A DNA stretch of 64,000 bases. It comes from Antechinus flavipes. Lineage: Eukaryota. The notes below the pieces were generated by a model. That model worked only from the letters and a program-made list of their open reading frames with translations. It had not been told where the DNA came from and ran no database searches. The stretch's first letter is position 1. The number at the start of each line of letters is the position of its first letter. Position numbers and translations under genes: made by a program. Shown piece after piece: positions 24,661-36,059 of this stretch. The stretch spans positions 229,214,001 through 229,278,000 of the forward strand of contig NC_067398.1 of assembly GCF_016432865.1 (NCBI RefSeq), in the 5' to 3' direction.

Positions 24661-26540
24661 CTATTTTTGCACCACCCTTTGCATGCTGTGTACTGAGGTT
24701 CTGTTTATTGCAAAGGTAGAAATATTAAAATTAGCTTAGGTGGGCATTTTATAAGATATAATTGGGCTATTATTGATTTCTTTTTCTTAGATTTTTAAAA
24801 TTTTACTCATATATATATATAAAGGCTTTTTTAAAAATGAGAAGTATGAATGGAATATGAATTACAATACTGAAGGGGACCATACCAGTTCAAACAAGTT
24901 AAGTGACCTGTGTTAAAGTTTCTTATTTCTGTGTGACCTTGTAGTAACACATGATCTTTTTGACATCTGTCATTTGAAAAACTTTTGGGTAGGACTAGAT
25001 ATGGTCTCTGAGGTCCCTTTCACTTTGGTTCTATAATCTAGTAAGGTGGAACTCAAATTCTTTTATTCAAAGTAAGGCTAGCAAAAAGAATATTTATATC
25101 ATTATAATGTACATAATTATTATTACACGTTATATTGTATATATGTAACAATCATATATGCTATATTTACATATCAAGTGAAAAGGGTAATAAAGACAGA
25201 ATTGTTCCCAAGGTTTCTTAGAAATGATGAGAATCTGATCCTAAATTTCTTGGTTATACTTAGTTAGATACTTCATGATCAAGGGTATTATATTTTACAT
25301 TCTTATATTTTTTAAGAGGAATAATGGGCTTTTTAAAAGCTTTTTTAAAATAAAGCTTAATCTTGCAAGTTTATAAAATGATTTAGACACTTTAGTATAC
25401 TATTGTAATGTTTTTATATATAACATTCCAATTGTATAATGGTACTCCATAATTGAAATTGCTTTTCTGATCAATGAGAATATGAACTTGAATCTATAGG
25501 GTTTTAAAAAAAGATTCAAGATTACCTATATGTAACATTATAATGTAACAGAACTGAGTATAGATTCTTTTCTTTTGGTCAGGACCTCTGATTTCATTAA
25601 GGTAGGGAATTCCCAATGAAAATACTACTAGGGAACATCTGCTGCCAAATTTTCTGCAGTTTACAAGACTTATTGTTCCCTGGGGCACTGAAAAGAGCTA
25701 GTGAAAGATAAGATTCAAACCCATTCTTCCTAACTAGTGATTGGTTCTTTACCCCACTGTGCCATGATGTCTCTCATATAATTGCTACTAAAAAAAATAA
25801 CAAGGATTTAAGAATCAAAAAGTTGTATTTTAAAAGTCAAAAGAATGAATTTAGAAATAAAATATATCTATCAGAAGTTTAAACTGCTAGACATTTTGTT
25901 AGACCCGTTTTTCAAGATCATCTTGAACCCCACCCATAAATCAGATTACAAGCCAGAAATATTTTTTTGAGCTCTTCATTTTCATGAGAAGTGAATGATG
26001 AGTACACCAGGTAATAACAGGGATTTTAAAGTAATTTCTAAGGTATGACATAAAGCAGATGGTCTGTGCTGAGTCACTTATGATCATTACTGTTCTTAAA
26101 GGTGTTCCTGAACAGTGCAAGATCAAGTATCTTATAAAAATTCATTGTTTCCTATAATTTCTAGTTTTATTTTAGCTCATTGAAAATTGGTAGTCTTTGT
26201 ATGGCATATATGGTATGTTTAAAAATTACAGGCTTTTTGCCAACTATCTAGATGAATTAGTTTGCCATGTTTAGATTATACATTCTTTAGTTATATCCTT
26301 GGAATATAGTTTTATGCTGAGGACTCTGAAACTGAGGACAGCAGACCATGAATTCTCCTTACTCCAAGAACTGTTAAAGGCCTCTGAAGAATAAATAAAT
26401 TCCTAAGTCATTGCCATTAAATATGCTTCTGGGAGTAGAAGTAGATTTCATAACACTAAAATCAAAATTGATTCTATTATTTTATGACTTCTCAACTAAT
26501 ATAAAAATTTTAATATCTAGGAAATTTAAAAGTCTATTAA

Positions 26541-28972
26541 GGACATTCTAGATGGAATTAAGACAGCAGACTGAAGCCAGGAATCTCCTCGAGCTCTTCC
26601 AGTTTCTCTGGACAACCACATGAAACCAAGCCGCTTAACAATCTGGAGTAATAGAACTTACAGAGACAGAATGAAACAATTTTCCAACTCAAGATAGTTT
26701 GGAAGGACTTCAGGAAAGTCAGTCTTACTGGGGTGAAATGAGTGCACAGCCCAGTGCAGATGGTGTCCAGGAAAGCCAGTGGGAGGGTCTTAACTCACAG
26801 TAGAACAGCAACCAAGACCCTTAGTTCTGACTCTGTAAAACATTAGCAGAGAAGACCAATGGGACACCCTCCAGCTGGCAAATTGCAGCTCGGGACATTA
26901 GGCAACAATAGATGGAACTAGGCTGGGCTATGCCCCAGCAATATAAGGAGTCCCTGTGCTCAAAGCTGCACAAGAAGCTTGGGACAGTGTTCCCTGTACC
27001 TCAAGAGCAGAGCTTGACTTCAAAACTCACAAAATAGGAAAAATTAATAAAGAAAATGAACAAGAAACAGAAAACTATTATGGTCGACAGGGAAGACCAA
27101 AATACCAACTCAGAAGAGGACAAAATGCCTATATATGAAACCTCAAAGGCGGATATCATTCGGTCTCAAGCCCAAAGAGCCTTCTTGAAAGCGCTTGAAA
27201 GAATTCATCAAGGATTTTTAAAAATCAAATAGAAGAAAAATTGGGAAAAGAAACTAGATGTATACAAGAAAGAGTCTAAAACTTGAAAAAGGAAAACAAT
27301 TGGTGCAAAAAAATTCCACTGAAGAAAACATTTTTAAAAGAAGAATTAATCAAATGGAAAAGAAGATATAAAAGCTTGCTGAAGAAAATCACACATTAAA
27401 ACCAGAATTGGGCAAATGGAAGCTAATGACTCTGAGGCATCAAGAATCAAACAAATTAAAATGAATGAAAAAATGGAAGAAACTGTAAAACACCTCATTG
27501 GAAAAACAACCAACCTAGAAAACAGATGTAAGAGAGACAGTTTAAAAATTATTGGACTACCCAAGACTATGACCAAAAAAAGAGCCTGGAGAGCATTCTT
27601 CAAGAGGAAAACTGCCCTCATATCCTAGAACCAGAGGGCAAAACAGTCATTGAAAAAATTCATTGTTCACTTCCATAAAGAGATCTCACAAGGAAAACTC
27701 CAAGAAACATCACTAGAAAACTCCAGAACTATAATCTTGAAAAAATACTTCAGGCTGCTAGAAAAAAAAAAAGAAACAACAACAAACCAATACAGGTATT
27801 GAGGAGTCACAGTCAGGATTGCCCAGGATTTGGCAATTTCCACAATAAAGGCTTTGAGGGCCTGGAATAGCATATTCTGGAAAACAAAGGACCTTGTACT
27901 ACAGCCAAGAATTGACCACCCAGTGAGACTGAGCATCATTTTTCAGGGGAGGAAAGGAACTTTCAATGAAGTAGGGCACTTTAAGTCATTTTTATTGCAA
28001 AGATCAGAACTAAATGGAAAATATGAATTGAAAACACAGGACTCAAGAGAAGCATAGAGAAGTAAATAGGAAAGAAAAAATACATATTATTTAAAGGTTA
28101 AACTGTTTACATCCCCTACATGGGAAGATGATGCTTGTAAATCTTGAGAATTGTATCTTTTATTAGGGCAATTAGAGGAGGCATACATAGACCAAGAGTA
28201 TAGGTATAAATTGATTCTGCCATGATATTAAAGAAAAAGACATTAAGGGATAGAAAAAGGATTGTGCTGGAAAACAGAAGGGGAAGAGGGGAGTAAATTA
28301 GATCACAGAAAGAGCTCAAAAGACCTATTACAATACAGGGAAAGAAGAGAGGAGGATGAGCATTTTCTGAAACTTAATATCACTTGGCTCAAAGAGGGAA
28401 TAGCACACACATTCACATTCAGTTGGGCATAGAAATATATCTTCCTCTATAGGGAAGTGGGAGGAGAAAGGAGAAAGAAAAGGAAAGAGGGGCTACTAAA
28501 AAAGGAAGGACAGGTTGAGGGAGGGGATGATCAGATACAAAACACTTTTATGTATTTTTATAGGCTTCTATCACATTTCCACATAGGGTGGAAAGAGAAA
28601 TATATTCAGGAGAGAAAAATAAGATAAAGAGAAATACACAGCTGGTAATCATAACTGTGAATGGGATGAACTCTCCCATAAAATGGAAGCAAACAGCAGA
28701 GTGGATTAAAAACCAGAATCCTACAATATGTAGAAACACATCTGAAATAAAGAGATTCATACAGAGTAAGGGTAAAAGGCTAGAGCAGAATTTATTTTCA
28801 GGTTCAGCTGAAGCAAAAAAAAAAAAAAAAAAGGGGGTAGCAATTCTGATCTTATGTTTTGTTTTTTCTTTTTCACGGTTTTCCCCTTTTATTCTGATTT
28901 TTCTCTCTCAATCTGACTCATGGAAATATGTAAAAAATAAATATACATGTATAACCCAAATATAAATTTTTT
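26541..28972 (+). mobile_element. 5'-intact, internally deleted L1 (5'UTR + decayed ORF1 + first ~70 codons of ORF2 + 3'UTR piece)
   Basis: ORF1 remnants TTNLENRCKRDSLKIIGLP (27416-27628) and RAWNSIFWKTKDLVLQPRIDHPVRLSIIFQG...QDSREA* (to 28057). ORF2 APE start IITVNGMNSPIK...WIKNQNPTIC...GVAILI ends ~28852 and jumps to 3'UTR-like sequence. Candidate TSD aaaagtctattaa / aaaagtctgttttaa. Confidence 0.82.
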
Positions 28973-29134
28973 AAAAGTCTGTTTTAAAGGAAATATTACT
29001 CCATAAATGTTTCTTTACATTTCTGGAAAGTACTTTTTAGCCAAATAAGTAAACTTACTGCTATTCAAGTAACACCTCAAAAAATTAATATCTATTTGTG
29101 GAGATCCAGCCTAGATGAAACAATAATAAAGACC

Positions 29135-29485
29135 CCAAATGTTTATAGCAACCCTTTTTGTAGTAACAAGGAATGCTGATTAAGTTATGGAACATGCCAT
29201 CCACATCCAGAGAGAAGAGGAGACTGAATGAATATAGGTCAGGGCATTGTATTTTCACTTTTGGTAGTTGTTTGCTTTCTTTTTTTTTACCTTTTGATCT
29301 GATTTATCTTATAAGAAATGGAAATATTTTTATAAGAATTTCACATTTTTAACCTATCTCAGATTTCTTGCTTTCTTGGGGAGGGCAGAGGAAAGGAGAG
29401 GGAGAAAAATTTGGAGCACAAAGTATTGCAAAGGTGAATGTTGAAAACTTTACATGTATTGGGAAAAAAAGATACAATTGAGAAA
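29135..29485 (+). mobile_element. Degraded L1 ORF2-end/3'UTR fragment
   Basis: aaatgtttatagcaaccctttttgtagt then ...ggagaaaaatttggagcacaaagtattgcaaaggtgaatgttgaaaac. Confidence 0.65.
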
Positions 29486-29894
29486 GATTAACCCCATCTA
29501 TCCTATATTTTATACTGCAAATATCTAGAGCTGGAATGGCCTTCTAAAAATATCAAGCACAACTTTTTCATTTTACATTTGAGGAAACTGAGGCACAGAG
29601 TCTAAAAATCTTCCCAAATACTAAGTCTAACGACACCAATATAGTTAAATCACTGATTCATTCTTCCAAAACACACTTTTAAAAGCAATGTTGCTTTCAA
29701 TTAAAAAAAATTTTTTTCCAATAATTTTTCCAAATATATGTAACAATAGTTTTCAACATTCCTTTTTTTAAAACTTCGTGTTCAAATCCGGCTCCCGTCA
29801 GGATTGCCTTCCCCTCCCCCTCAAAAAAAGTAATAAAGATAAATGTAAAAATGTGTACTTAGATACCCCCCCCAAAAAAAAATCTACTTCCCAA

Positions 29895-30535
29895 GATGGA
29901 GAAGGGATTATTAGATAGTGTTTGTTCTAAAAAAGATATACTATATGACAATATGACAATGAAAGTTCAATACATATCAACAATGTTTATCTGGCAGCCA
30001 GAAAAGCAAATGTTACCTTTCTCTGCATTGAGAGATGGCCTTTACTATACATTGCCTTCAGCAGGCCTCATATGGAATACTGTGTTCAGTATTGGGCATC
30101 ACGTAAGAAAGACATAGAAAAGATAGTATCCCAAAGGGGGCACCCAAGGTTGGTGAAGGTTCTTCAACCATTGTGACTGAGAATATTTGTTAAAAGAAGC
30201 AGGCAGATTTAGATGGCAGAAAAGGGGACATAGAGAGCTGTCTTTAATTATTTCAAGGGATGTGGAAGAGATTTCTATACTTGCTGTTTGGTCCCAAAGG
30301 TCCACCCAAGAAGCTAGGGCAAAGAGACAAATTTAGGCTTGATGTTAAGAAAAAATTCCTAATAATTACATCTGTCTAAAAGTGAAATGAGCCCCTAACA
30401 CCATGAAACAAATACTCTCCTTCCTTGGAAGTCTCAAAGGAGACTGGAGAACCATTTGTGGTATGTATTCTTTTGTATGTGGAATGGACTAACTGACCAC
30501 TGAGGAGGTCTTCTATCTCTATGACTCTGTGAGAA
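29895..30535 (+). mobile_element. CR1/L3 LINE 3' portion
   Basis: aggcctcatatggaatactgtgttcagtattgggc (RPHLEYCVQFW-like), caaatttaggcttgatgttaagaaaaaattcctaa, and the CR1-type terminus ggactaactgaccactgaggaggtcttctatctctatgactctgtga. Confidence 0.8.
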
Positions 30536-31150
30536 GCAACAAAGAATGAAAGAACCAAAAGGCCATTGTAGAATTATCTATATCTCATGAATATGTCAAT
30601 TGAGCAGAAAGCACCAAACATTATAAAATATGAATGTGAGTGGATTACTGATCCTTATCAAGATTAAATATATAGGCAGACCACTTGTTAAAGGAGTCAG
30701 TGAATGCCAAATTAAAAGGATCAAGATAAAACTTCAACTTGATCCATTAAAGTGTATGACCAAAGAAAGGGAAATGGAAAAAGGTAAAGAAACAACTTTT
30801 CACAACTTCTTAGCCCTTTAATCTTGGCAAATCAGTAACCACAGTAAAATGAGTCAAGAGTCCAGATACCTAGCAGCAAACACTTGAATTCTGTATAGAC
30901 AGGTATAGCAGCCAAGGGCAACACCACTTTAAAACACAATTTCATTTGTAAAATATTATAGGAGCAATGACTCATAAAATGGCAAAAACAAGTCTGTATG
31001 AAAGTTGGCATGAAAGATTATCACAAAGAAAATGGAACAGGGTTGTCAAGAATTCCTATAACCTATTTTATCAACAGCAAAAAATATCACATTTGTATTC
31101 AAGGAGGAAAAGAAGAAATGAGGGAGCAGGATGGCATTTAAGACCAAGTG

Positions 31151-31270
31151 GAGGAGCAGGCAGGTAGTGAAGTAGAGACCTGGCCCTGGGATCAGGAGTC
31201 CCCGAGTCTCAGACACTTGACACTTGACTCCTGGCAAGTTCCCCCATTCCTCCAAAAAAAAAAAAAAAAG
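31151..31270 (+). mobile_element. Degraded WSINE1-like SINE with A-tail
   Basis: ggcaggtagtgaagtagagacctggccctgggatcaggagtcc...tctcagacacttgacactt...A15. A second 3' fragment lies at ~31585-31645. Confidence 0.6.
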
Positions 31271-31689
31271 ACAGCTAGAGCATGCCAAATGCACAGGAAA
31301 AAAATCTCTGCTAAAAGCAACATAAGTCAGAAGAATGGCAAAACATTAAAAAGAATAAATAGTGCCACAACAAAAGATACAAACCACCCACAATTTTTCT
31401 CATCTTTATAAATCCTTATGGTCACAATCTTCTGCATACAAAAGCATCCATGATGAAAATAAAAGGGGACTAGGCAGGCTTTTAAAAAAATCTTTTCTAT
31501 AATCGATACATCATAATTGAATGGAAGTATAGAGTGTAAAAGATCCCATCATGTCCATGGGTTATTTTAAAAAATATCTCACTCAAGCTGTGTGACCCTG
31601 GGCAAGTCACTTGACTCCAATTGCCTCAGCAAAATAAAAAAAAACCTAACTCAAACCCATCCAGAAAAGCTCTCTGCCAAGAATTTCTT

Positions 31690-32200
31690 ATCTTACGAGC
31701 AGCAATGGTAAGATCCTATAAAATTCTTGATAAATCCAATCAGACATATCTGTTCAATGACCTGATTATTAATATCAAGTGAGTCATAAAGGGAAATGTA
31801 TCACTTGGCAAAGTATTTAACATTGTCATGGAATTCTTCCAAATGGAAGAATTCCCTATAGATGTAAACCAGCTTTTTGGTTGGGCTTCTGGATGGTTCA
31901 ATTTGCAGAGAGGCCTTTTCAATGAAATCTACAACCATTAAAGAGAGATCAATCATTCTAATAATTTATATAGAAAAAAATCTGATGAAAAATGTCTACT
32001 GTCCAAACCAGTATATGCAATTGGACTGGTTATATTAGTACACATCTGGAACAAAGCATTTCACAGACAATGAATGACTGGGGGCCAGAACTGTATAGGA
32101 GAAAGAACAGGCTGAATCACATCTGAAAAACTATTCCAGGCTTTCACCAAAACCCAAACTGCCCCTGGACACTGAAAAACAACATTCTAACACCAATGCT
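31690..32200 (+). mobile_element. Highly decayed CR1-like RT fragments
   Basis: cacttggcaaagtatttaacattgtc (DFSKAFD-like) and aatgaatgactgggggccaga (WLNDRTQR-like). Confidence 0.35.
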
Positions 32201-32543
32201 CCCTGGCATTCTATGATTACTGGGACCACAATATTAAAATAATCACAATTTGGGCTAACCCAAAAGGTAGCAGAGTGTTTTTAAAAGTGAAAGAGGATAA
32301 GGGAGTTCAAGTGCTGCAGTGATAGTCATGACATGAAACAGGCCTAGAAAAAGGCCACCAGTAAGCTGTATAAATCCTCTATGAAGGTTTTACGTAAGAA
32401 GAGAAACGAGGACTGCAGAGGACAAGAAGGTATGCATGAGTTACTATTATTGATGGAGTATACAATTACTACTAAGATCTATTAAATTATCTAAAAATAA
32501 AATATACACATGAGTAGAGGAAATAATTAAAATGTTTTGAGAC

Positions 32544-32549
32544 TTTATT
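32544..32549 (-). terminator. PLD6: Candidate PLD6 polyadenylation signal
   Basis: First canonical AATAAA I find on the - strand downstream of the stop (~1.4 kb), followed by a U-rich tract. An ATTAAA at 33410-33405 is an alternative. Confidence 0.4.
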
Positions 32550-32864
32550 GGAAAATTTTAGAAAACTTATTCAAGATATTTGCATGTGCAGTGGGGATTA
32601 AAGATAGATTTAAAATAATTATTTGTGAAATTCAGAATGGTATGAACACAAGATAGAATGAAAGGCTCCTTTATGCCTAAAGAATAGAGGATTGAAGATA
32701 AAAACCTAAAAGCTTCCAATTTTTGTCTCTCCTCTTGAAATATTCCTCCAAGATTATTTAAAAATTCATGATTATCCAAAGGCAAATAAATTATCGTAAG
32801 CCTATATACATTTTTCAATGAAATGGAGAGGCTCTTACTAGTTCTTTAATGCTAGGCCTAAGCT

Positions 32865-33070
32865 AAGGCTAAGATGAGTCTGCCTGTGTTTAAATCTGGT
32901 CTCAGATACTTATTGTATAATCTGAAATAAGTCATTTTATCCTATTTGCCTCAGTTTCCTCATTTGTAAAATGAGCCAAAGAGAATGACAAACCACTTCA
33001 GTATATTTGACAAGAAAACCTCAAATAGAGTCACCAAGAGTCAACTGAAAATGACTATTAAATAACAAAA
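32865..33070 (+). mobile_element. MAR1-type CORE-SINE with RTE-derived tail (in the probable PLD6 3'UTR, antisense)
   Basis: aaatctggtctcagatact...cctcagtttcctcatttgtaaaatgag...caaaccacttcagtatatttgacaagaaaacc...caagagtcaactgaaaatgact. Confidence 0.75.
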
Positions 33071-33094
33071 GTGAGAATGTTTACCAAAAAATTA

Positions 33095-33275
33095 GCTTCT
33101 AGCACAACAAATATGGATGTATGTTTAGAAGAATTTCATATATTTAATCTATATTGGATTGCTTGCTATCTTGGTAAGAGGGAAAAAAGAGGGAGAAAAA
33201 TCTGGAAAACAAAGTCTTGCAAAGGCAAATGTTGAAAGCTATCTTTGCATGTATTTGGAAAAATGAAATAATATT
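33095..33275 (+). mobile_element. L1-type 3'UTR end fragment
   Basis: ggagaaaaatctggaaaacaaagtcttgcaaaggcaaatgttgaaagctatctttgcatgtatttggaaa. Confidence 0.7.
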
Positions 33276-33953
33276 TTAAAATTAGCTTCCTAATTTTTAT
33301 ATAGCCTATTTCAGGTTCCTATTTTTTTTTTTTTAAGATTAGCTAAATCATGTTCTAGTAAACATGGTAAAGAAAGACTGAAATGTTTGCTTATACACAA
33401 ATATTTTAATAATATATCTTGCAAGGTTGCACTTAATTCTCTCTCCCCTACCATGGAATGATTGCTGTGCTAGCAAAGGGTAAGTAGTACTGTAGTCCAG
33501 GGAAAACGCAACCACCATTTGTACCCTTTTTTCTCTTTTCTTCTTGTTCCTTTTTATCATTTTGATTCAAACTTGTCAATACCTTCAAGAGTTTGCTGAC
33601 TCGATCATGGATGTACACTCTTAGTAGTCTTAGTCATATGGAAAGAAGCATATCCATAAGGGAGATGGAGAATCTCAGTTGAACACAGAAATATAGTTCA
33701 ATAGATTTTTGTAAACAAGAATTAAAAATGTTTTAAAATCAATGGGTATTTCCTTTGTTTCCAAAAAATAATACTATTAAAGTTTTTCTTACTGCAGAAC
33801 AGCAATGAACATGTTAGATGAAACCTTGTCACTATACAACTTACTACAGCATGGGATTCAGTTCTTCAAATTGTCCAAAGGACCCCACTGTAAGTTGTTT
33901 TACCTATAATCCTAAGGAAAACATTAGAGAAGGACTCTTGTTTTACTTTTTCT

Positions 33954-34192
33954 TCACTTTCTCTGAGGAAAAAAAGTATAGTTTACAGGATTGAACTCCT
34001 CCCAAATACGTTCAAATTCTTCCAAGAAAAGTCTCACATACTCTTCGTCCTCCACAATCAAAACATTCTCTCTATTGTTCTGAATGGCTTGTGTGGTCCA
34101 GTTGAGAGAGCCAGTAATAAGCATCTTCTTATCCACTATAGCAAATTTATGATGCATGTAGCCAGCACCTTGATCATGGCGTACCTGGATAC
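33954..34192 (-). CDS. PLD6: PLD6 exon 2 with the catalytic HKD motif
   Basis: ttttttgcAG acceptor. (G)[78 protein letters not shown]. HxK(x4)D(x6)GSxN intact (H198/K200/D205). Spliced protein is 263 aa. Confidence 0.97.
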
Positions 34193-35493
34193 CTGCAAAA
34201 AAAGATAAATCTTTTTTCAATAAATGCCTACTGAAATAAAATCACTTCACAATTTCCTTACACTCCAAAATGTATACTAACCAACACCCCAATCTCAATG
34301 TGGCCACATACTGACTTTTTCCTGACAAGAGAGGAATACTAAGTAACAGCCTAATGTTTGAACCATCTTTGATGGAATCCACTAGAAACAAAACTTTAAT
34401 GTTAACCACTAATCAGTTGTCTTTTTTCCCCCACTCTATAGTATGCTTCTTCACTTCATGACACCCGCTCAAAGGGGCATGTGCAGCCCTCAAAGCAGTT
34501 GTCTTTCAACAATATAACAAGTAAATATGATAAATTATCCCTCTCTTGAACATTTAAAAGTGACTAATACTCGGCTAAAGAACACAAAGAATATAAAGAA
34601 AAGAGCTAATAATTTCAATGATTTCTCAATCATCTATTGTTCATCTAATCATCTGTATTTACTTTTCTTTCCCAAATACCTTTGACAAATGTTGGGGAGG
34701 CAGGAGAAAAGAAGAAAAAGTTATCTCTATACCTTTAGATCTTCAATTGATTTTATTTTCCCCTGAACTAATCTTATGAATCATATAATAAACTGTACAA
34801 CAAAAGTTAGAAGTACCCTCACTGACTAAGCTTTTTACAATAAAATTAGACCCGGTCCTGTCAAAAGTTTGTATTGAGCAAAAACCCATGTATATCTTAC
34901 ACTGGTACTAGAAATTAACTAAACAAGGTGCACAAAGCAATGATTGCTGGGAAACTACTGTTCTATGAGCCACAGAGCTCTTGGTGTATTTTGCTTCGTT
35001 TTCTCGGGGCAAGGGGATGTGTGGAGCAACAAATATGTTCAAATACTTCTAAGAAAAATCTTTCCTCTTGGTCTCATTTTTCCCTTCCATAGCAGCTCTA
35101 TAAATTAGGCAGGCTAAGTTCTGAGACACTGATAATGAAATGTGTGAATATATATAAACACACACACATATATACACAAATGTGTATATTATATATATAT
35201 AGTACCCAGGTAAGATAGAGTATGTACATGCAATGGATGTATAATTTTGAGGCTAATCTATACCTAATCACGTGTATGCACGAGCATGGTACCTGACACC
35301 CACGCACAGATACGTATTTATATGATGTCATGTGCCAGTGTAGAGTGTTGCCCCTCACCATGGCTCCGAGGACGCACAGGCCCTAGCACAGGCGCCCCCA
35401 CGGGTCCTGGCCCGGGTTTCTGAGCGCTGGGCGTTCAGGAGCCCCACGGGGAGGGTGGGGCCTCCAGCCCAGCAGGGGCGGCCCGGCTCCTAC

Positions 35494-36046
35494 CTGCCTT
35501 GCGGAGGCGGCCGATCTGGGAGCCGTTGAGGGCCATGTAGTCGCAGTCGGTGACCACGCGGATGCGGACGCCCTGCTGGTGCAGCAGGTGCACGGCGCGG
35601 CCCAGCTGGGGATTGGAGAAGGCGAACAGGCAGAGCTCGAGGCTGCTGCGGGCCGACAGCACGTACTGCAGGAGGCGGCTCAGGGAGCTCTCCCCGTGTG
35701 GGAGCGGGCACAGGCAGCTGGCGGCCGGGGAGGCCGGGGCGGCCGGGGAGGTCGTGGCTGCGGCCGAGCCCGTCGCCCCCGCAACCGCGCCGGGCGCCCT
35801 CCGAACATCGGGCCCTGCGGCCGCGGGCGCCGGCGTCGTCCCCGGAGGGCCTCCCTGCCGCTGGGCCTGCAGCAGGGCCTCGGTGCAGGTCACCTGAGAA
35901 GGGAAGAACAACACCTCCCGCCGCGGGGGCCGACGTCGCCGGCGCCGTTGCTGCCTCAGCCAACCGACTAGGAAGCCCAGAGTCTCCAAAGCCAAGCCGA
36001 CACTCACAGCCGCGAGGCCTAACGTCTGCCAGCGCAACCGCCACAT
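35494..36046 (-). CDS. PLD6: PLD6 (MitoPLD/Zucchini) exon 1: N-terminal membrane anchor, basic patch, CCCH zinc wing, start of PLD fold
   Basis: ATG at 36046-36044 (agcATG). [10 protein letters not shown]...[17 protein letters not shown]...[16 protein letters not shown]...[24 protein letters not shown]|GTAGGA donor, phase 1 (553 bp). Confidence 0.97.
35723..35749 (+). repeat. 3 x 9-bp G-rich tandem repeat GGCCGGGG(A/C) within the PLD6 CDS
   Basis: ggccgggga ggccggggc ggccgggga, encoding SPAAPASPA on the - strand. Confidence 0.9.
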
Positions 36047-36059
36047 GCTCCAGCCCGAC

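Larger units (their letters stand above)
16507..24680 (+). other. MPRIP: Probable long MPRIP 3'UTR (~8.2 kb)
   Basis: Runs from the stop codon to an AATAAA at 24655 embedded in UTR-end-like U-rich sequence with a GU-rich downstream element. The length is similar to the long human UTR as I recall it. The end point is inferred. Confidence 0.5.

Noticed and set aside
33954-33975. PLD6 ends at FFPQRK*, about 30 aa shorter than human
   Set aside because: Mouse Pld6, as I recall it, also ends a few residues after FFPQK, so the human tail is the derived state. Not a truncation.
35150-35330. Alternating purine-pyrimidine stretch beside the PLD6 CpG island (Z-DNA candidate)
   Set aside because: Mostly AT/AC low-complexity sequence with frequent interruptions, so weak Z-forming potential.
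35435-35493. ORF-track extension of PLD6 exon 1 ([18 protein letters not shown])
   Set aside because: It is intron read-through past a good CAG|GTAGGA donor. The spliced frame joins exon 2 and restores the HKD motif.
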